32,000 nucleotides of DNA from Candidatus Micrarchaeota archaeon (lineage in GTDB: Archaea > Micrarchaeota > Micrarchaeia > Micrarchaeales > CABMGC01). The stretch covers positions 4,892 to 36,891 of the forward strand of contig JAGDXY010000015.1 in NCBI GenBank assembly GCA_023256495.1, written 5' to 3'. How positions within the stretch are numbered: the stretch's first letter is position 1; every line of letters starts with the position of its first letter. This document shows positions 28,121-32,000 of the stretch, in pieces. Made by a program: the position numbers and the translations under genes. The notes under the pieces are model-generated. The model saw only the letters and a program-made list of their open reading frames with translations, was not told where the DNA came from and did not search any database.

Positions 28121-29316
28121 TTTTCAAATTCATTTAATAGATTAATTGCTTTTTCTAATATCTCTTGTGGCGCAAGACTTACAAATCTAACATAATCCTT
28201 CATACCAAATCCTGAACCAGGACTTAAATACAAGCTCTTTTTAATCAATAACTTATATACGAAATCTTTATCATCTTTAACTTTAAATACCTTTTTATCT
28301 ATAGATGCAAAAATATAAAATGCCCCTCTTGGTCTAACTGCATGCATACCTCTTATTCCATTTATACCCTCTGTTAAGAAGTTTGTTCTCTTTTCTATTT
28401 CTTTTCTCATTTTATATATTTCATTTTTATGTTCTTTTTCATCGTCTAGGGCATAAGCCATTGCATACTGCGCGGGTGTATTAGATGATATTCTCAAAGA
28501 TGCTAATTTTATAAAAGCATCTAATAATTTGTTTGATAAAGAGTCTTTATTTGGAAAGATTGCATAGCCTAATCTAAAGCCTGTTGCATCGTAATCTTTT
28601 GAAAAGCCATTAAAAATTATATATGGTTGATCATCAACAAATTCACTTATACTATGGAATTTTGCGCCATTGTAAACTATTTCATCATAGATTTCATCGC
28701 TTATTAGCAATATATTGTTCTTTTTTGCTATTCTAGCGATTTCATCAAGTTTATCTTCGCTTAAGACAGCTCCTGTTGGATTATTTGGATTTATTAAGAC
28801 CATGTATTTTATTTTTTTATTTTTTGCTATTTTTTCTATTCTTTCTGTATTTATTGTCCATTCATCATTTATTTCTTCGTATTTATCAAATATTATTCTT
28901 GCTCCTCTCATTTTTGCAAAAGGTATATAAATTGGATAAAAAGGAGACAAGATTAAAACATTATCATTTTTGTTTATATATGCATTATTTAGAAACATTA
29001 TGGCTTCACTAACTCCATTTGTAATTATTACCCTTTCTTCATCAAAATCTAGATTATATAAATTATGATATCGCTCCTTTATCTTATTTCTTAGTTCACT
29101 TACTCCTTCAATTGATGAATAATTCGTATGGCCTTCATCTAATGCTCTCTTATACGCTTCTATTATATGTTTTGGTGTTTTGAAAAATATTGCTGGATCC
29201 CCTTGATTTAACTTTATTATTTCTTTACCTTGTTTAATTAATTTTTCTACTAATAAATCATATTCACTTATTGGATTATGTGCATATTTAACAATTTCTG
29301 CAAGTTTGGCATTCAT
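28111..29316 (-). CDS. Class I/II pyridoxal-phosphate aminotransferase (aspartate/alanine aminotransferase-like)
   Basis: PLP-lysine context FNGFSKDYDATGFRLGY, NPNNPTG, and a 401-aa length. Confidence 0.85.
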   Translation of the reverse strand: MNAKLAEIVKYAHNPISEYDLLVEKLIKQGKEIIKLNQGDPAIFFKTPKHIIEAYKRALDEGHTNYSSIEGVSELRNKIKERYHNLYNLDFDEERVIITNGVSEAIMFLNNAYINKNDNVLILSPFYPIYIPFAKMRGARIIFDKYEEINDEWTINTERIEKIAKNKKIKYMVLINPNNPTGAVLSEDKLDEIARIAKKNNILLISDEIYDEIVYNGAKFHSISEFVDDQPYIIFNGFSKDYDATGFRLGYAIFPNKDSLSNKLLDAFIKLASLRISSNTPAQYAMAYALDDEKEHKNEIYKMRKEIEKRTNFLTEGINGIRGMHAVRPRGAFYIFASIDKKVFKVKDDKDFVYKLLIKKSLYLSPGSGFGMKDYVRFVSLAPQEILEKAINLLNEFEKGA

Positions 29317-29347
29317 AAAATTACCATAAATCTATAATACAGTTAAT

Positions 29348-29677
29348 TTAATGAATTTTTGAGCCTTCTTTCATATCCTTATCTAAACATAATAGAGATA
29401 TATTTCCACTTTCATCTTCAGCTGCTAATAACATACCTTGCGATTCTACATGTGCGATATCTTTTGGGTCTAAATTAGCTAAATATATAATTTTTCTACC
29501 AAGTAGATCATCTTTTTTGTATTGGTTAGCTATTGCTGATACAATTGTTCTAATCCCTAAATCACCTACATCTAATTTTATTATATACATCGGTTTTTTG
29601 GATTTAGGATGTTCTTCTATTTCTATTATCTTTGCAACTCTTATGTCTAATTTTAGAAAATCATCTATACTAACCAT
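29348..29677 (-). CDS. tRNA-binding domain protein (Trbp111/CsaA/MetRS C-terminal-like)
   Basis: FLKLDIRVAKIIEIEEHPKSKKPMYIIKLDVGDLG...VESQGMLLAAED is a typical OB-fold tRNA-binding domain. Confidence 0.8.
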   Translation of the reverse strand: MVSIDDFLKLDIRVAKIIEIEEHPKSKKPMYIIKLDVGDLGIRTIVSAIANQYKKDDLLGRKIIYLANLDPKDIAHVESQGMLLAAEDESGNISLLCLDKDMKEGSKIH

Positions 29678-29703
29678 ATCTATCTTTTTATAAAATAAAA
29701 TTT

Positions 29704-30075
29704 TTATTGCTTAGCGCTTTGCTTATATATAAAACCCCTATATAAAATTCTTTTTTTAATCTTATTTGGATTAAGCTCATCTATTATGATATTGCTTGCT
29801 TTAATTGCCTTTTCCCTTTCATCGCATGCAAATATATCTAGGCTTACATACTTTAATTCAGGCCAAGTGTGAATTGATAAATGACTAGCAGCTAGTAGTG
29901 TTATAGAAGTAAAACCTTTTGGATTAAATTTATGGTATAGAGTACCATAAGATACTAGATTGCTTTTGCTAATTGCTTTATTTACTAGGCTATTCATAAA
30001 TTTTACATTATCTATTTTCTTTTCATTGCATCCATAAAGATCTACAATTATGTGTATTCCTTTTTCCTCTTTCAT
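29704..30075 (-). CDS. speH: S-adenosylmethionine decarboxylase-like pyruvoyl proenzyme (SpeH family)
   Basis: IIVDLYGC and SHLSIHTWPE motifs in a 123-aa protein. Confidence 0.8.
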   Translation of the reverse strand: MKEEKGIHIIVDLYGCNEKKIDNVKFMNSLVNKAISKSNLVSYGTLYHKFNPKGFTSITLLAASHLSIHTWPELKYVSLDIFACDEREKAIKASNIIIDELNPNKIKKRILYRGFIYKQSAKQ

Positions 30076-30134
30076 AAGACCACGTAAAATTTAAAAAAGA
30101 ATAAACTTTAATTAGTGATTAAATAAATCTTTAA

Positions 30135-31196
30135 TTATTCTACAACATATTTTCTGCCTCTCCAAAATATCTCTTTTTTATTTTTTGCTATAATTAGATT
30201 TATTAAATAGATAAATGGCATTATTATAAAAGCTACTATAATCTTAAAATTAATTTTCTTGATTCTTTTATAACCAACAATTATACTCTTTATTAAATGC
30301 GAATAAAAGAAGATAAATATGGGATTATAAATTATAAAAATACCTCCTAGCAGTATAAGTATTATTTCAGCGCTATAATAAGCTATACCAAAATAAAACA
30401 TCTTGTTTGAACCCAATAAAGTAAAGAAAGTCTGTCTATTGCTCCATTCAAAAAAAGATGAGAAGTTTTCTTTAGTGTAAACATATGCTATATCTTTTGA
30501 ATAAGCAATCTTCATATTCTTATCTTTTACTCTTTTTGTTATACTTATATCGTCAGATAGCGCATATTTTGATTTTGAAAGATAGTAAAAAAGTTTTTTG
30601 TCTATTATCTCTCTTTTAAATGCAAGAGACCCGCCCCAGCCAAATCTTGTTTTTTCATTTTCAACTAAACTAATCCCAACTAATCCCCAGACCTCTTTTG
30701 CATAAGACCAAAAATTATTTTTGATTGGTTTAAATATTGGAAATGTTGTAGAAGCGCCATAACCTCTGCAATTCAAATTACTTATTAAACTATTTAGCCA
30801 ATTCTTAGTTATTGATACATCAGAATCTAATATTATATATGCATCGTAGTTGTTGTATTTTTTAAGTGCATAGATAATAGCTCTTGTTTTGCCACTGCAT
30901 TTACTACATCTACCCTTTACTAATAAAATTCGCATTCCTAAATCTTTTGCTAACTTATAAGCATAATCTTTCTTTGAATCAACTAATACTAGTAAATTTC
31001 TTTTGCCAATATATTTAATTGCCTTTTTGAAATTCATTTTAATGCTTATATCCTTACCACGAGCAGGTATTAATACCAATATATTGAGTATTTTTTTATT
31101 ATCTACTTTACATAATTCATTGGGTCTATTTTTCAAATTATATATGTCAACTATAGTCATTAAAAGCCAAATCAGTACTAAGACATATAGCAGCAT
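30135..31196 (-). CDS. Membrane-anchored glycosyltransferase family 2 (GT2/GT21-like)
   Basis: N-terminal TM helix, VLIPARGKD, an ILDSDV (DxD) motif, and C-terminal TM helices. Confidence 0.7.
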   Translation of the reverse strand: MLLYVLVLIWLLMTIVDIYNLKNRPNELCKVDNKKILNILVLIPARGKDISIKMNFKKAIKYIGKRNLLVLVDSKKDYAYKLAKDLGMRILLVKGRCSKCSGKTRAIIYALKKYNNYDAYIILDSDVSITKNWLNSLISNLNCRGYGASTTFPIFKPIKNNFWSYAKEVWGLVGISLVENEKTRFGWGGSLAFKREIIDKKLFYYLSKSKYALSDDISITKRVKDKNMKIAYSKDIAYVYTKENFSSFFEWSNRQTFFTLLGSNKMFYFGIAYYSAEIILILLGGIFIIYNPIFIFFYSHLIKSIIVGYKRIKKINFKIIVAFIIMPFIYLINLIIAKNKKEIFWRGRKYVVE

Positions 31197-31225
31197 TAGA
31201 GTTATATAAAAAGAAAAAATTTTAT

Positions 31226-31283
31226 TTTAGTAAGATAAATGACAAATTTAGTAAAATACTTAAATTTTTAGTATTATACTAAA
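31226..31283 (+). promoter_or_regulatory. Array of three TTTAGTA-containing operator-like sites (two palindromic) upstream of the DtxR-family gene
   Basis: TTTAGTA occurs at 31226, 31247 and 31267, giving 21- and 20-nt spacing. Site 3 is the perfect palindrome TTTAGTA-tta-TACTAAA (31267-31283). Site 2 is TTTAGTA-aaa-TACTtAAA. The array ends 5 nt before the ATG at 31289. Confidence 0.5.
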
Positions 31284-31288
31284 AATAT

Positions 31289-31681
31289 ATGTATCTAACA
31301 AAAAGAGAAAGAGACTGCTTAATGGTTATAGGAGATAATAAGAATGATTTCCCTATTCGATTGAGTGATATTTCTAAAAAGATGAAATTAAGTGCTCCAA
31401 CAGTATATAATTTATTAAAGAGATTAAAAGACAAAGGTTTAATAAATGAAAATAGGGGATTAGTAATAATTACAAGTTTTGGTAAAGAAATACACTCTAA
31501 TATTATATTTGCACATAGATGCTTAGAATGCCTATTTAATGAAATTGGCCTAGATAAAAAGTTTTCTTGTAATGAGGCATCTAAAATAGATTATCTATTA
31601 AATAATGAACTAATAATAAAATTATATAATCATATTGGAAGACCAAAAACATGTCCTCATGGAAAGCCCCTAGTGGTTTAG
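31289..31681 (+). CDS. DtxR/MntR-family metal-dependent transcriptional repressor
   Basis: N-terminal wHTH (LSAPTVYNLLKRLKDKGLI) and the C-terminal CPHGKPL motif typical of the DtxR-family dimerisation/metal domain. 130 aa. Confidence 0.75.
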   Translation: MYLTKRERDCLMVIGDNKNDFPIRLSDISKKMKLSAPTVYNLLKRLKDKGLINENRGLVIITSFGKEIHSNIIFAHRCLECLFNEIGLDKKFSCNEASKIDYLLNNELIIKLYNHIGRPKTCPHGKPLVV

Positions 31682-32000
31682 ATGATTATATTTGATTCAT
31701 TTCTAAATTTTAATACTACAAATATCTCTATATTAGAGGCAATTATAATATCATTAATTCTTGGTATGCTTCATGGTATAACACCAGATGAACATACTTG
31801 GCCAATAACTTTTTCATATGCTGTAGGTAGTTATAGTACAAAAAAAGGAGTAAAAGCGGGATTCTTCTTTTCGGCAGGTTTTACATTGCAAAGAGCAATA
31901 CTTACAGAATTAGCATATTTTGCGTTAATCTCTATATTTGAGACTTCAATTGCATTTGGAATAACATATATAATAGTAGGATTGGCTATGGCTCTAGCGG
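31682..32000 (+). CDS. Integral membrane protein, putative metal-ion transporter (partial; continues past the window end)
   Basis: The ATG follows the repressor's TAG stop directly. The ORF stays open to position 32000. There is an HGITPDEHTW His/Asp/Glu motif at a TM boundary. The transporter role is inferred from its coupling to the DtxR gene. Confidence 0.5.
   Translation, partial: MIIFDSFLNFNTTNISILEAIIISLILGMLHGITPDEHTWPITFSYAVGSYSTKKGVKAGFFFSAGFTLQRAILTELAYFALISIFETSIAFGITYIIVGLAMALA

Overview
This window looks like a very AT-rich, extremely compact archaeal chromosome segment. Most genes abut or overlap, and the longest intergenic gap is 164 nt. The backbone is housekeeping. It includes a complete nine-gene A1Ao ATP synthase operon in the order H-I-K-E-C-F-A-B-D (6524-14424). 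It also includes an archaeal-type ThrRS with an N-terminal editing domain, a Sec61beta gene missing from the ORF track, NAD kinase, tRNA-Val(UAC), a class I/II aminotransferase, a Trbp111/CsaA-like tRNA-binding protein, SpeH, RNase HI and a short Nop-domain protein. Around these sit envelope and membrane genes: a standalone VKOR homolog, three glycosyltransferase-like proteins and two sequon-dense anchored surface proteins. I saw no rRNA, CRISPR array, transposase or intein. The best candidates for follow-up are listed here.
- A radical SAM enzyme resembling tetraether lipid synthase, which heads a four-gene operon (18668-22683).
- A triple TTTAGTA palindrome array in front of a DtxR-family repressor and metal-transporter operon.
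- A single-gene GC-rich island (SDR, 3198-3989).
- A minimal HerA-like ATPase trio at the left edge.
- A tRNA whose 5' end overlaps the stop codon of the upstream CDS.
All family assignments come from motifs read by eye, not from database searches.
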